From IMG/VR virus record IMGVR_UViG_3300027697_000033, positions 1 through 44,364 of that record: DNA of 44,364 bases. One strand, given 5' to 3'. This stretch comes from a virus (lineage: Duplodnaviria > Caudoviricetes). The first letter of the stretch is position 1, and each line of letters begins with the position of its first letter. Shown here one piece after another: positions 35,904-44,225 of the stretch. The notes under the pieces were generated by a model. That model was not told where the DNA came from. It did no database searches and was given only the letters and a program-made list of their open reading frames with translations. The translations under genes were made by a program, and so were the position numbers.

Positions 35904-36839
35904 TTAGTTCCAATTAGCATATTTATCATAAGACAACTTACCCAATTCCACCTCAGTCAATTTGAATGGTCTTACCAATCGATAGAGATCGTTTTGAATC
36001 TTTTTTGCAAGTAAATGAGTTTTGTATTCTACAACTTGCTTATACTCATCATTAACACGCACATAAGACGAACTTCTGATCCTGTCTTTGTAGTTTTCCA
36101 ATACCCCTAGCCAACTTTCACTTGGGTCTTGTTTAAACAGTTCCTCTTTTGATATATTAGTGAGTGGATTACCACTTGACCATTTTTCAGTTTCAATAAT
36201 ATTGATCATGGCTTTAGCGTAGTCTAAGAATGGCTTGATGTTTTGATTAGCCACCTTGGTCTGATCTTTATCTAAAGATCGCACATATTCCCTGTGAACT
36301 TGATGTGGCTTAAAGTGTGAATCACCTTTTCTTTTAATAAAAACTATATCACCCTTAGCCATTATGTAGTATTTTGTTAGTTCCTCGACTGTGTGGGCGA
36401 TATACTTTTTGCCTCTGTGGTTATGCACTCCAAATTCTCTTGGTAATTTGTAGTGGTAAAAATAAAGCATAGAGGGTGAGTTTAACCAATGAGGATTCAT
36501 TGTCCCATAACTGCCTGTTGGTGTGTGGATAATAATAGTTTCAGTATCGTAGCACATTCTAAATGTGATCGCCCTACAATGGTTGTCATGCTCTTTTTTG
36601 TCTTTGCTAACATACGCATAAGAATTGCAAGTTAAGTAATATTCCTCATCACTCACCTTAATAACTCTATCCTGTGTTCGACCCCTTTCACCGACAGGGC
36701 GAATGTTTAAACACTCCCGCTTACCCCTGATCGGTTTTGTGTTTTCGTAAATCTCTTTAACCTTTTCAAAGTTTAAGTATTTATTGGGGCTTTCACTTTG
36801 AACTTGAGATGATGACCTCATGCCTTTCCAATGTCCCAT
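35904..36839 (-). CDS. Hypothetical early protein
   Basis: 311 aa; AAAGG RBS. Confidence 0.8.
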   Translation of the reverse strand: MGHWKGMRSSSQVQSESPNKYLNFEKVKEIYENTKPIRGKRECLNIRPVGERGRTQDRVIKVSDEEYYLTCNSYAYVSKDKKEHDNHCRAITFRMCYDTETIIIHTPTGSYGTMNPHWLNSPSMLYFYHYKLPREFGVHNHRGKKYIAHTVEELTKYYIMAKGDIVFIKRKGDSHFKPHQVHREYVRSLDKDQTKVANQNIKPFLDYAKAMINIIETEKWSSGNPLTNISKEELFKQDPSESWLGVLENYKDRIRSSSYVRVNDEYKQVVEYKTHLLAKKIQNDLYRLVRPFKLTEVELGKLSYDKYANWN

Positions 36840-36953
36840 TTTATTTGCCTTTCAATGCTTGTTTATAAGAATAAAACTCTAAAAATTTGCTAACTAATTG
36901 CGGGTGAAATAGGTATAGCCAATCCCACAATTCCTCGGTCATTTTTTCCTGAT

Positions 36954-38156
36954 TCATAAATCCCCCATTTCAATATGAATTGTTGATCCCACATTGGGAT
37001 TAGCATCTTTGTTATCAAGTATGCACCACAATACAGGGCAACTCCATTCACCCCATGAACATACATAACCATCTGTAAACACAATGGCACACTCAGGCAC
37101 GATATTGTTTTTGGTCATGTATTTGCCAATACAATCGGGATCAGTTCCACCACCACCTTTGGGTTTTGTGGATTGTGTCATTTTGTCGAACTCGTTTAAA
37201 CCATATACCTCATGCCCCGCAACTCTTGTATCCCAATAAAGTAGATCGACCAATTCGGGGTTTACATTTTCCATCATGTTGGCAACTTCAGATATAAAAC
37301 GATTCAATATGTAATTATTAATAGACCCTGATGTATCAATAGCGACCACCACTCGACCCATTGTTTCACTTACGCTAGAGGGCATATAAATATCGTGTTG
37401 TAGCCACCTACGATTTGGTTTAGCCCATGTGCTATCGTCTTTGCCTTTGCATACTGCACTAACGAACTCAGCAAGGGCGGTTTTCCAATCGACCTTGGCA
37501 CTCATAAGATCAGTAAATGCTCTGTTTTGATTCCCGCCTACTTTACCCGCTAAAATTGCACCTTGTCGTATGGCTTGATCAATCTCTTTGGCTAATTCTT
37601 TTTTCTCTTGCTCGGTTAGTTTTTCTGCGTTTTCCCAATCGTGGTGATCCATTGGTTTAAACGCACCACCCTCGCCATCACCCTTGCCACCACCCCCGCC
37701 ACCTTGGTAGTCAGGCAACAATGCGAACACATCTGCGGTGCTTAAACCTCTAAACTTTTCGTCATATAACCCGCCCTCGGGCAACACGCAAAATGGTTTG
37801 CCATGATTGTCGAGATTTTGTTTACCCTCATCTACGATCTCAATGTTAATCACAAAATCACAAGCCACATTGGTCTTAATTGGGTTGATCTTGGCTAAGT
37901 GTTTCCATGTATCTAAATGGCGATACATCTTGTGCTTTGCCTCATGCAAGATTAGCCCTCTTAGTTCGTTGTCGGTTAGCGAATCTACGAACTTGCGACC
38001 ATACCAAATATCCCGCCCATTAGTTCTAGCGGTTGGCTCGTTGTCATCAATCTTGGTATCGCCCACCATGATTAGGTTTGTGTATGCCACAAACCCACCA
38101 TGCCTCATAATCTCAATGTGTGCTTTTTCAATGCGTTGTTCTGCGGTTAGTGCCAT
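36954..38156 (-). CDS. HExxH metallopeptidase + VWA domain protein (DUF2201-like)
   Basis: TARTNG, LHEAKH, NVACD..IN, DTSGS MIDAS, GGGGTD, FTDG; likely start MALTAEQR. Confidence 0.9.
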   Translation of the reverse strand: MALTAEQRIEKAHIEIMRHGGFVAYTNLIMVGDTKIDDNEPTARTNGRDIWYGRKFVDSLTDNELRGLILHEAKHKMYRHLDTWKHLAKINPIKTNVACDFVINIEIVDEGKQNLDNHGKPFCVLPEGGLYDEKFRGLSTADVFALLPDYQGGGGGGKGDGEGGAFKPMDHHDWENAEKLTEQEKKELAKEIDQAIRQGAILAGKVGGNQNRAFTDLMSAKVDWKTALAEFVSAVCKGKDDSTWAKPNRRWLQHDIYMPSSVSETMGRVVVAIDTSGSINNYILNRFISEVANMMENVNPELVDLLYWDTRVAGHEVYGLNEFDKMTQSTKPKGGGGTDPDCIGKYMTKNNIVPECAIVFTDGYVCSWGEWSCPVLWCILDNKDANPNVGSTIHIEMGDL

Positions 38157-38157
38157 G

Positions 38158-38592
38158 TTAAACCTTTCCCCAATATCCATAAACCATCTTGTTTGAGCAA
38201 TCCCAAATATCATTGGGAATACCATCTATTACTGCCACATAATGCCCCGCTTGTCTAGCAATTACAATTCCACTTGGCATATCTGAACATTTCGCTTTTC
38301 GTCCAAATAAAACTTTGCCCTCTGAATTTTTATACCCCTCAAGCACTTTAAATTTTGGTGCTGAGTGCCAAACCCACCCATGCCTTTTTAATACATCAGA
38401 ATACACATCTTTATAAATGCCGTTCCTTGCGGATTTTGTAAACCCTTTGTCTTTGTTGGCTTGGGCTAATTCGTTGTAGGCGGTTTGGTAATCAATACCT
38501 AACGCTATTGCCATAGCCCTTGCCCCACAATCACCCGCTTTGCCTTTATAACCCGCTTTGGATCGACCACCATCATTAAATATAAAATTCAT
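38158..38592 (-). CDS. Putative papain/C39-like fold protein
   Basis: GDCGARAMAIA...GHYVAVIDG...DIWD suggests Cys-His-Asp. Confidence 0.6.
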   Translation of the reverse strand: MNFIFNDGGRSKAGYKGKAGDCGARAMAIALGIDYQTAYNELAQANKDKGFTKSARNGIYKDVYSDVLKRHGWVWHSAPKFKVLEGYKNSEGKVLFGRKAKCSDMPSGIVIARQAGHYVAVIDGIPNDIWDCSNKMVYGYWGKV

Positions 38593-38746
38593 AATTGCCT
38601 TTCATCAAATCCATACTATATTTTCGCCCACCTTGCTTGGAAAATATATTAGGGCAAACCCTAAGTTTGTCATGTCTTGGTTTCACAATGTGAAATAGTT
38701 TCATGTCAATAGGTGTTTACCCTACCCCCATGTTTAAACATTACTT

Positions 38747-38983
38747 TCAATCTTCGGATTGGCAAAGCACTTCGTAAAATTCATTTTCTAAATCTTGAAT
38801 TTCATCTTCGGTTAAATCTACATAACAAGGGGTTAGGTCATAATCCCACCCACTTCGTTCACCATCATTACCATCAAAGGTATAAGTGGCAATTATTTTC
38901 TTACCCTCTACATCTACCTCATAAAATTTTTGATACGAGCCAAAAATTTGATCAATCAACAATGGGTCTTTAATCTTAGGCAT
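38747..38983 (-). CDS. Small acidic hypothetical protein
   Basis: 78 aa. Confidence 0.7.
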   Translation of the reverse strand: MPKIKDPLLIDQIFGSYQKFYEVDVEGKKIIATYTFDGNDGERSGWDYDLTPCYVDLTEDEIQDLENEFYEVLCQSED

Positions 38984-38986
38984 AGT

Positions 38987-39169
38987 TTAAACATTGTCCT
39001 CATAGGTTAGGTATGGTTTGTATGGTTTGAGTGCTTTACCAAAAGCCATGAGCATTGGGTTAGCCTCGTCAATGAGTTTGGTTTTTTCCTCAATCGTCTT
39101 AACCAATCTCAACTTATATTGCATGGTGTTGGATAGATCGAGTTCAATTTTGCTTTTTGGGTTTGGCAT
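38987..39169 (-). CDS. Hypothetical protein
   Basis: 60 aa. Confidence 0.6.
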   Translation of the reverse strand: MPNPKSKIELDLSNTMQYKLRLVKTIEEKTKLIDEANPMLMAFGKALKPYKPYLTYEDNV

Positions 39170-39171
39170 GG

Positions 39172-39318
39172 TTATTTTGCTTTCCTTTGTTGGTCAATAA
39201 ATGCTTGTGCCTCATTGAGTTTGTCATTGAATCCATACATCTCAGCAAATTCCTGATCGGGTGCTAGGTCAATGGCTAAGTTCATAAGCATATCAATAAT
39301 TTTAATTGCCTGATCCAT
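39172..39318 (-). CDS. Hypothetical protein (48 aa, not in ORF track)
   Basis: MDQAIKIIDMLMNLAIDL...; GGGAG RBS. Confidence 0.6.
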   Translation of the reverse strand: MDQAIKIIDMLMNLAIDLAPDQEFAEMYGFNDKLNEAQAFIDQQRKAK

Positions 39319-39320
39319 GT

Positions 39321-40403
39321 TTAAACACTCCCAGAGAACATATAGTTATTATCGGTAGCCCACTTTACGAACTCTTTATTGGTTGCAACAATGGCTTTTT
39401 TCTGTGTTCGCATAGCACTCGTAGCAAATAAACCCTGTGATTCTTTGCTTAATCGGTTCATGTATGTAAGCCACTTGGGTAATGTTTCCTTGTCGATCTG
39501 TTGAACTGCCGAATACACAAGCATACAAACTGCTGAGGGCGATTTGGGAATGGGTGCTTTTGTTGGCTCTTTAATAATGCTTTCCCAATCAGGCAACTGC
39601 TCTGACAACTGCACAATGGTCAATGTGTCATAGGTTGCACGATCCCCAATAGTGCCTTTAAGTGCGTGTCCGAGAATGTCGATCCCCAATGGTTTGACCT
39701 TTTTAATAATGTCGCTTGCCTTTGACAAACTGCGAGGGGTTGCAAAAGCGGGGCGGGGTGTGCGTGGATCGTAGATATACTCATTATCTTTTGGGTTAGT
39801 GTAATCCTCGAAACTCGCTAACATCTGCGGGAATTGCTTTACAGTCTGCAAGATTTCAGGGGCTATGTCGTTATCCAATGCAAAGTTTTCGAGCCACTCG
39901 TCAGCCGTAGGTTTACGCACCTTTACAACTGTTAGGCGGTTGCGTGCATGAGGGGGCAACATATCGCCTATGCCCTCATTGGCTAGGTTAGTGGTTGCAA
40001 ATACAATCGATCCATTCGGTAGTGAGTAAGTGCCTAGTTTGCGTTCTAGCATTAATCGTAAACAAGCATTCATAACTGCCTTACTTGCCTTGCCGATCTC
40101 ATCAAGCATTAATACGATTGGTTTGTCATGGTGAAAACCAAATTCCTCATTAGGAATAAATGAGCATACCTCTGCCCCGTTTAAACTGCGTATCTTCGGC
40201 ACTAGAAAATCGCCTACATCTTTGGTTGTCATATCACCATAACAATAATGATATTTTTCCCCTAATTTTGCTCTTAATGCGTGTAGGATTGATGATTTAC
40301 CGATACCCATCTCACCCTGAGCCAATACAGTCGTATGCGTTCCTACTGCTTGAATAAGGTTGGTTGTATCCTGTAATGAAATGGTTTTATATAAGTTTGC
40401 CAT
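39321..40403 (-). CDS. MoxR-like AAA+ ATPase
   Basis: GEMGIGKS Walker A, LMLDE Walker B, ATTN, NRL arginine finger, TPRS sensor 2. Confidence 0.9.
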   Translation of the reverse strand: MANLYKTISLQDTTNLIQAVGTHTTVLAQGEMGIGKSSILHALRAKLGEKYHYCYGDMTTKDVGDFLVPKIRSLNGAEVCSFIPNEEFGFHHDKPIVLMLDEIGKASKAVMNACLRLMLERKLGTYSLPNGSIVFATTNLANEGIGDMLPPHARNRLTVVKVRKPTADEWLENFALDNDIAPEILQTVKQFPQMLASFEDYTNPKDNEYIYDPRTPRPAFATPRSLSKASDIIKKVKPLGIDILGHALKGTIGDRATYDTLTIVQLSEQLPDWESIIKEPTKAPIPKSPSAVCMLVYSAVQQIDKETLPKWLTYMNRLSKESQGLFATSAMRTQKKAIVATNKEFVKWATDNNYMFSGSV

Positions 40404-40536
40404 ATGGCTTTGCCTTTCGTTTCGTGGTTGGTAATTTGATAATGCCTAATAATGTTAATAATGCTTTCATACGCTAAGAATAATGCCTAAAAATAAAATA
40501 AACAATATGGTCAATGCAATTTTTTCTAATAAAGTT

Positions 40537-40752
40537 TCATTGTTCATGTTTAAACGCACCCCCTCTTAGTATGTCTAAATAAATGTCATTGATCTTAAAC
40601 ACAATGTTGTCGATCACTTGCTTACCATATCTGTCGCACATCTTGTAATAAGTTTTATAGTCATCATAATCTTTGCCAATGTCGGCTATGGTTTGCACGA
40701 TCTCATAAAACTGTGGCTCTGTGAGTGTCGGTCTATGTTGGTCAATAATCAC
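40537..40752 (-). CDS. Hypothetical early protein
   Basis: 71 aa. Confidence 0.65.
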   Translation of the reverse strand: MIIDQHRPTLTEPQFYEIVQTIADIGKDYDDYKTYYKMCDRYGKQVIDNIVFKINDIYLDILRGGAFKHEQ

Positions 40753-40927
40753 GATCTAACCCCTCGATCAGTTCATTTATGCGGGTTTGGTATAGTTCGC
40801 CTACCCTTTCCAATTCCTCAGAATCAGCCCCATAAATGTAAAAGGTTTCGTCTAATATTGCCTGTGCCTCTTTCACATCATCACACACCCGCAAATCGTC
40901 TAGGATTTTATTAATTGGGTTAGCCAT
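40742..40927 (-). CDS. Small acidic early protein
   Basis: Start MANPINK after GGGAG RBS. Confidence 0.65.
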   Translation of the reverse strand: MANPINKILDDLRVCDDVKEAQAILDETFYIYGADSEELERVGELYQTRINELIEGLDRDY

Positions 40928-40929
40928 GT

Positions 40930-41073
40930 TTAAACACTCCCTATAAGTTCGTTGTCCCAATAGCGTTTAACTGTGTAGCCTAATAATTCAATTTGGGTAG
41001 CCATTAAACTATTGACCCCCATATAAATTAAATTGCCACTTTCACAAAAAACCTCAAATCTAAACTTAGTCAT
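40930..41073 (-). CDS. Hypothetical protein (47 aa, not in ORF track)
   Basis: MTKFRFEVFCESG...IGSV; GGGGAG RBS. Confidence 0.6.
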   Translation of the reverse strand: MTKFRFEVFCESGNLIYMGVNSLMATQIELLGYTVKRYWDNELIGSV

Positions 41074-41087
41074 GTTTAAACACTCCC

Positions 41088-41303
41088 CTATTCGGTTTCG
41101 GTTTCGAGTTCACTCGGATCAGTCGTTAGGTCGCAACTGTCGAGCCAATCATTAAACCCGCATTGATACGCTATTGGGTCTAATTCCTTTAACACTCTGC
41201 TAGGGTCGAACTCTATGCCCGCTATGTTTATGGGTGAGTAGAGTTCGTCTAGCATCTCGTCATAAAGTTCATACGCTTTTGATTCGTCAATATATTCAAT
41301 CAT
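41088..41303 (-). CDS. Small acidic early protein (YDEMLDE...VLKELDPIAY.CGFNDW)
   Basis: Likely start MIEYID at 41303 with GAGG RBS. Confidence 0.75.
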   Translation of the reverse strand: MIEYIDESKAYELYDEMLDELYSPINIAGIEFDPSRVLKELDPIAYQCGFNDWLDSCDLTTDPSELETETE

Positions 41304-41434
41304 AATCTGCCTCTTTGGTTGTAATGGTTTACTGCCCCCGCTTGTATAGGCGGGTCTAGGTTGGTTCACATAATTTGCCTCTTTGGTTGTAATGGTTTAA
41401 TGCCCCCGCTTATCTAGGCGGGTCTAGGTTGGTT
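41301..41434 (-). repeat. Tandem duplicated 66-bp gene leader (hairpin + RBS + ATG)
   Basis: Units 41301-41366 and 41369-41434, 4 mismatches. Confidence 0.9.
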
Positions 41435-41462
41435 TAGAAAATAGCCCCCTGTGGTTGGTTGG

Positions 41463-41729
41463 TCATAACTGATATTTAACTGTCAAATCGTATTCCTCTT
41501 GTCGTTCCTTTTCGGAATCGATCTTAGCAATACGCACCTTGAATTGAATCGTGGTGAGTAATTGGCTTGCGGTCTTTGGCTCAATATCCAAATCGGTAAG
41601 CATGGAATATGCACCCCTGTAAAATTCGGTATTGTCGGGGTCTTGTTTAAACGCTACCTTGTATAGTTCCAAAACCTCTGCCACTCTTACGATTTCATTT
41701 ATTGATAATGTGATTCTGTTGTTCCTCAT
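41463..41729 (-). CDS. Hypothetical early protein
   Basis: 88 aa; AGGGG RBS. Confidence 0.7.
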   Translation of the reverse strand: MRNNRITLSINEIVRVAEVLELYKVAFKQDPDNTEFYRGAYSMLTDLDIEPKTASQLLTTIQFKVRIAKIDSEKERQEEYDLTVKYQL

Positions 41730-41739
41730 GTTTTCCCCT

Positions 41740-41898
41740 TTAGTTTAAATCATCTCTAACGATATACCCAAAAGCAAAAGATGTAAAGATTAACCCTACT
41801 ACGCATATGGCTAATGCCTTTTCTAGCACCACATACAGGCACAAAACGAATATGGCGGTGAGAATAACTGTGGTGATGATCAATGGTAAATTACGCAT
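41740..41898 (-). CDS. Small two-TM membrane protein (52 aa, not in ORF track)
   Basis: MRNLPLIITTVILTAIFVLCLYVVL...; AGGGG RBS. Confidence 0.6.
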   Translation of the reverse strand: MRNLPLIITTVILTAIFVLCLYVVLEKALAICVVGLIFTSFAFGYIVRDDLN

Positions 41899-41909
41899 TT
41901 TGTTGCCCC

Positions 41910-42176
41910 TTATTGTTCGTAAATGAAAACTGTCCCGCCATCATAAAACTCGGCATATAACCCCATTTTGTTTAGGGTCTTTTCTAGTTTCGGGTGTATC
42001 CCCAATGTGTCGGGGTAGCCGTAAAAACTAAACGCATAATCCCCCTCTATTTCACTCCCCTCACCTGTCCAAATTGAATTGGCATGGCTAGAGGCAAACT
42101 CGCCCCCATCTTTAAACCACACACTCGGATAGAGTTTGGTTAATTTGTCTAATCTGTTTTTTAGTTTTGTTTTCAT
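41910..42176 (-). CDS. Hypothetical early protein
   Basis: 88 aa; IWTGEG...GIHPKL...GLYAEFYD.GT. Confidence 0.75.
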   Translation of the reverse strand: MKTKLKNRLDKLTKLYPSVWFKDGGEFASSHANSIWTGEGSEIEGDYAFSFYGYPDTLGIHPKLEKTLNKMGLYAEFYDGGTVFIYEQ

Positions 42177-42227
42177 AACTGCCCCTATGTTTAAACAATG
42201 CGGGGAAAATCCCCGCCCTGTGGTTGA

Positions 42228-42479
42228 TTAAATAAAACCTGTCAATTCGTCAAAGAATACCTGTGGCTTTTCTGTGGTTTTCTCTGTTGCGTGTCGATCC
42301 GCTAACCATTGGTTAATGTGTCGGCTAGTGGTTTTTGACCACTTTTGAGATGTCCTGTAATAGTTCCCTGTGTTCATCTCATAAAACGCAACAGGGGTCT
42401 TATAACTAAACAGAATATCCCCCATTGGTAGCGTTAGAACATTAATATTTTTGCTGATTGGGTTGAGTTCGATTGTCAT
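42228..42479 (-). CDS. Conserved small phage protein (LFSY.TPVA...WS.TTSRHIN.W)
   Basis: 83 aa; AAGGA RBS. Confidence 0.78.
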   Translation of the reverse strand: MTIELNPISKNINVLTLPMGDILFSYKTPVAFYEMNTGNYYRTSQKWSKTTSRHINQWLADRHATEKTTEKPQVFFDELTGFI

Positions 42480-42491
42480 GTTTTCAGTTCC

Positions 42492-42677
42492 TTAAAATGT
42501 GGTTTCGGGTTGTTTAACTTCAATGGTATAGCCTAACTCTTTGGCGGTCAATATCGTTGATCTCAATAGGGTTTTAGTATTGGCGATCTTTGCAAATAGT
42601 TTGGCTTGCTCGTTTACAGGGTAAAAAACCTCATTCCCATAAACTTGCTTTTTCTCAATGATTAATGTCTGTGTCAT
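42492..42677 (-). CDS. Conserved small phage protein (VYGN...YPVN..AK.FA.IA.TKTL)
   Basis: 61 aa; AGGA RBS. Confidence 0.75.
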   Translation of the reverse strand: MTQTLIIEKKQVYGNEVFYPVNEQAKLFAKIANTKTLLRSTILTAKELGYTIEVKQPETTF

Positions 42678-42735
42678 GTTTTTAGTTCCTATATGGTGTG
42701 TTTAAACATGGCGGGGGATAGCCCCGCCCTGTGGT

Positions 42736-42984
42736 TTACTCGTAAATAATGCCCTCATCTAATGCCACTTGGTAGGCTTGCTCATGCCCTAAAGTTTTTA
42801 CGAGTTCCCATTCATCTTCACCGAACTCATAAACCTCAAGGGTGAATTGCTTAGTGGTGCGGTCATATTCCAAAACATCAGAATCATTAACTTGCCATGT
42901 GAACCCGTTAGGGGTTTGATCGCCTAACAATTTGGCGGGGACAACTTTTTTCTCTTTGATCAGTTTTAAGATTGTGAATTTCAT
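42736..42984 (-). CDS. Hypothetical early protein
   Basis: 82 aa; AGGA RBS. Confidence 0.7.
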   Translation of the reverse strand: MKFTILKLIKEKKVVPAKLLGDQTPNGFTWQVNDSDVLEYDRTTKQFTLEVYEFGEDEWELVKTLGHEQAYQVALDEGIIYE

Positions 42985-43046
42985 GGTTTTGTTTTCCTAT
43001 TGGTTGGTGTGTTTAAACATGGCGGGGGTTTGCCCCGCCCTGTGGT

Positions 43047-43655
43047 TTATTCCTCTGTGTCCTCATCATCTGAGGCGAAATCGTGCAACATCTCACCATG
43101 ACCTAAAGGACAACGGGGGGTAGCGAGTTTGAGCCATTTACTACTTATCCGCATGGTGTAACCACAATGGACACAATCACACTTATGTAAGCGGGTAGAT
43201 TGCTTTTTATAGGTAGCGTTTAGGGTAGCGTGTGGATATTCGCCCTCATATTTGACCCATTGTAGAATCGCCTGTTTTAAACCCTCTGTTGCATTGGTTG
43301 AGGTTGGTTTGCCCTCTAAACCTACGGCATAGGCACAATCAGCGAAAACCTTGTTATGCCCCTCTTTGTTGCCGACAGTAGCGTGACAAAGTTCATGAAT
43401 CAAAACATCAACTACCCGCACCGAATCGGACAAACTCGGCACAATGATAATCTCAGTAGTGTTATCGCTACTCATTGAGGCGGGATAGCATTGACCCAAT
43501 GTGAATCGCTTTTGATGTTTTTTGGTGTGAATCCCTTTGCTAGATTGTGAGCATGAAAGCCTAATATTGGCGGGGATTGTGTAGCCCTTACTAGCAAAAT
43601 GGGGGCGAAGATATTTATTAGTAATGGTGTTGAGCCATTGTTCTCTATTGTTCAT
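43047..43655 (-). CDS. SprT-like zinc metalloprotease with C-terminal zinc ribbon
   Basis: LIHELCH...GH...F; C..CGY..R...W....P.C. Confidence 0.8.
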   Translation of the reverse strand: MNNREQWLNTITNKYLRPHFASKGYTIPANIRLSCSQSSKGIHTKKHQKRFTLGQCYPASMSSDNTTEIIIVPSLSDSVRVVDVLIHELCHATVGNKEGHNKVFADCAYAVGLEGKPTSTNATEGLKQAILQWVKYEGEYPHATLNATYKKQSTRLHKCDCVHCGYTMRISSKWLKLATPRCPLGHGEMLHDFASDDEDTEE

Positions 43656-44027
43656 AAGTTCTATTCCTTAAAGGTTAGTAATCAAATAGCAAAATTGCTA
43701 TACCTCAATCGTATAGATATGGTGTAGGAAAACAAGGGTTTTCATTCCACAATGTGAGAAAAATTACAGTTGGCGGTTATAACTTTTAGTTATGGTTTCG
43801 GCTCTCTTTATACTTAGGGTTTACCCTCGAAAATCGAGATCGCCTATCGTCTGAGGATACCCCCTTACCTCATTTCAAAAATGGCTTGTATGGGGCTTTA
43901 AATGCGTTTAAATGGATTTTCACATTATGAAATAATGGGCAATCGCTGGCTCGGCAAAATGCCACTATCTCGCCTCACCGCCTGATCGCCCCTCGCACCC
44001 GCATGGTTATTCATCTATATGCCTCAA

Positions 44028-44190
44028 TGCGTATATACGCACCTACGCATATTGCACCGCAACATGATGCACCATATTGGTGCATTGTTTAAACGGGGCG
44101 GGCTGGTTATATGCATATGTGCGTATATACGCAAGCACGCATATTGCACCGCAACATGATGCACCATATTGGTGCATTGTTTAAACGGGG
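44028..44190. repeat. Two 71-bp direct repeats built from nested palindromes
   Basis: 44028-44098 and 44120-44190; contain TGCGTATATACGCA, TTGCACCGCAA, ATGCACCA-tat-TGGTGCAT, GTTTAAAC. Confidence 0.9.
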
Positions 44191-44193
44191 GTT

Positions 44194-44225
44194 ATGTTGC
44201 ACCGCACCAATGTTGCACCGCACCA
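44194..44225. repeat. Tandem 16-mer ATGTTGCACCGCACCA x2
   Basis: Exact tandem copy. Confidence 0.9.

Larger units (their letters stand above)
42188..43047 (-). repeat. Three dispersed 38-bp intergenic hairpin repeats (42188-42225, 42699-42736, 43010-43047)
   Basis: Minus strand AACCACAGGGCGGGG-N5-CCCCGC..TGTTTAAACA, each right after a stop codon. Confidence 0.9.

Noticed and set aside
38158-38592. C39-like protein as the protease for the GG motifs
   Set aside because: Sits in the early region far from late genes and the fold call is tentative; no sequence evidence links them
41304-41369. N-terminal extension of ORF 41088..41369
   Set aside because: It is the duplicated leader; the RBS-supported start is 41303
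42188-43047. CRISPR array or integron attC sites
   Set aside because: Intervals are 270-470 bp and contain genes rather than 30-40 bp spacers; ends do not fit RYYYAAC/GTTRRRY; no cas operon or integron integrase present
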